From assembly GCF_024521635.1 (NCBI RefSeq), contig NW_026250415.1:744001-808000 (forward strand): a stretch of 64,000 bases of DNA. Reading direction: 5' to 3'. The notes below the pieces were generated by a model that was not told the origin of the DNA, made no database searches, and was given only the letters and a program-made list of their open reading frames with translations. Of this stretch, positions 63,946-64,000 are shown piece by piece; position 1 is the first letter of the stretch; each line of letters opens with the position of its first letter. The position numbers and the translations under genes are program-made. Source of the DNA: Tricharina praecox. Taxonomy: Eukaryota.

Positions 63946-64000
63946 GACCGACCGACCGACCCCCCGACCGACCGACCCCCCGACCGACGCCCCCCCCCGA
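63946..64000. repeat. (ccga)n / C-run simple repeat at the window end
   Basis: Directly visible. Confidence 0.75.

Overview
Gene-dense window from a filamentous ascomycete (Pezizomycotina; Pezizomycetes-like is only my guess), with short GT-AG introns carrying CTRAC/CTAAY branch points. I reconstructed 17 spliced protein-coding genes by hand: class VI chitin synthase, Hsp88/Sse1 (Hsp110), CYP61/ERG5, GPI10, a 3-dehydroshikimate dehydratase-like TIM barrel, a Kre2/Ktr GT15 mannosyltransferase, IMP2, a MacroD protein, PMS1, FIS1, SPC24, an RNF115/126-like RING-H2 ligase, a Rad5/16-type SNF2-RING helicase, RRN7, eIF5A, RRG7 and BST1. Long intergenic stretches are rich in micro- and minisatellites. 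I found no rRNA, tRNA, CRISPR or recognisable transposon. The most unusual signal is splicing architecture: the catalytic Walker B (DEAH) glutamate codon of the SNF2 helicase is split over three exons and needs a single-nucleotide exon (A at 49016); skipping it gives an immediate stop. Hsp88 has a stop-free, in-frame intron with an in-frame internal acceptor that would insert an NLS-like peptide into the acidic loop. The first eIF5A intron appears to fold into one long hairpin. All gene identities come from motif recognition, not database searches.
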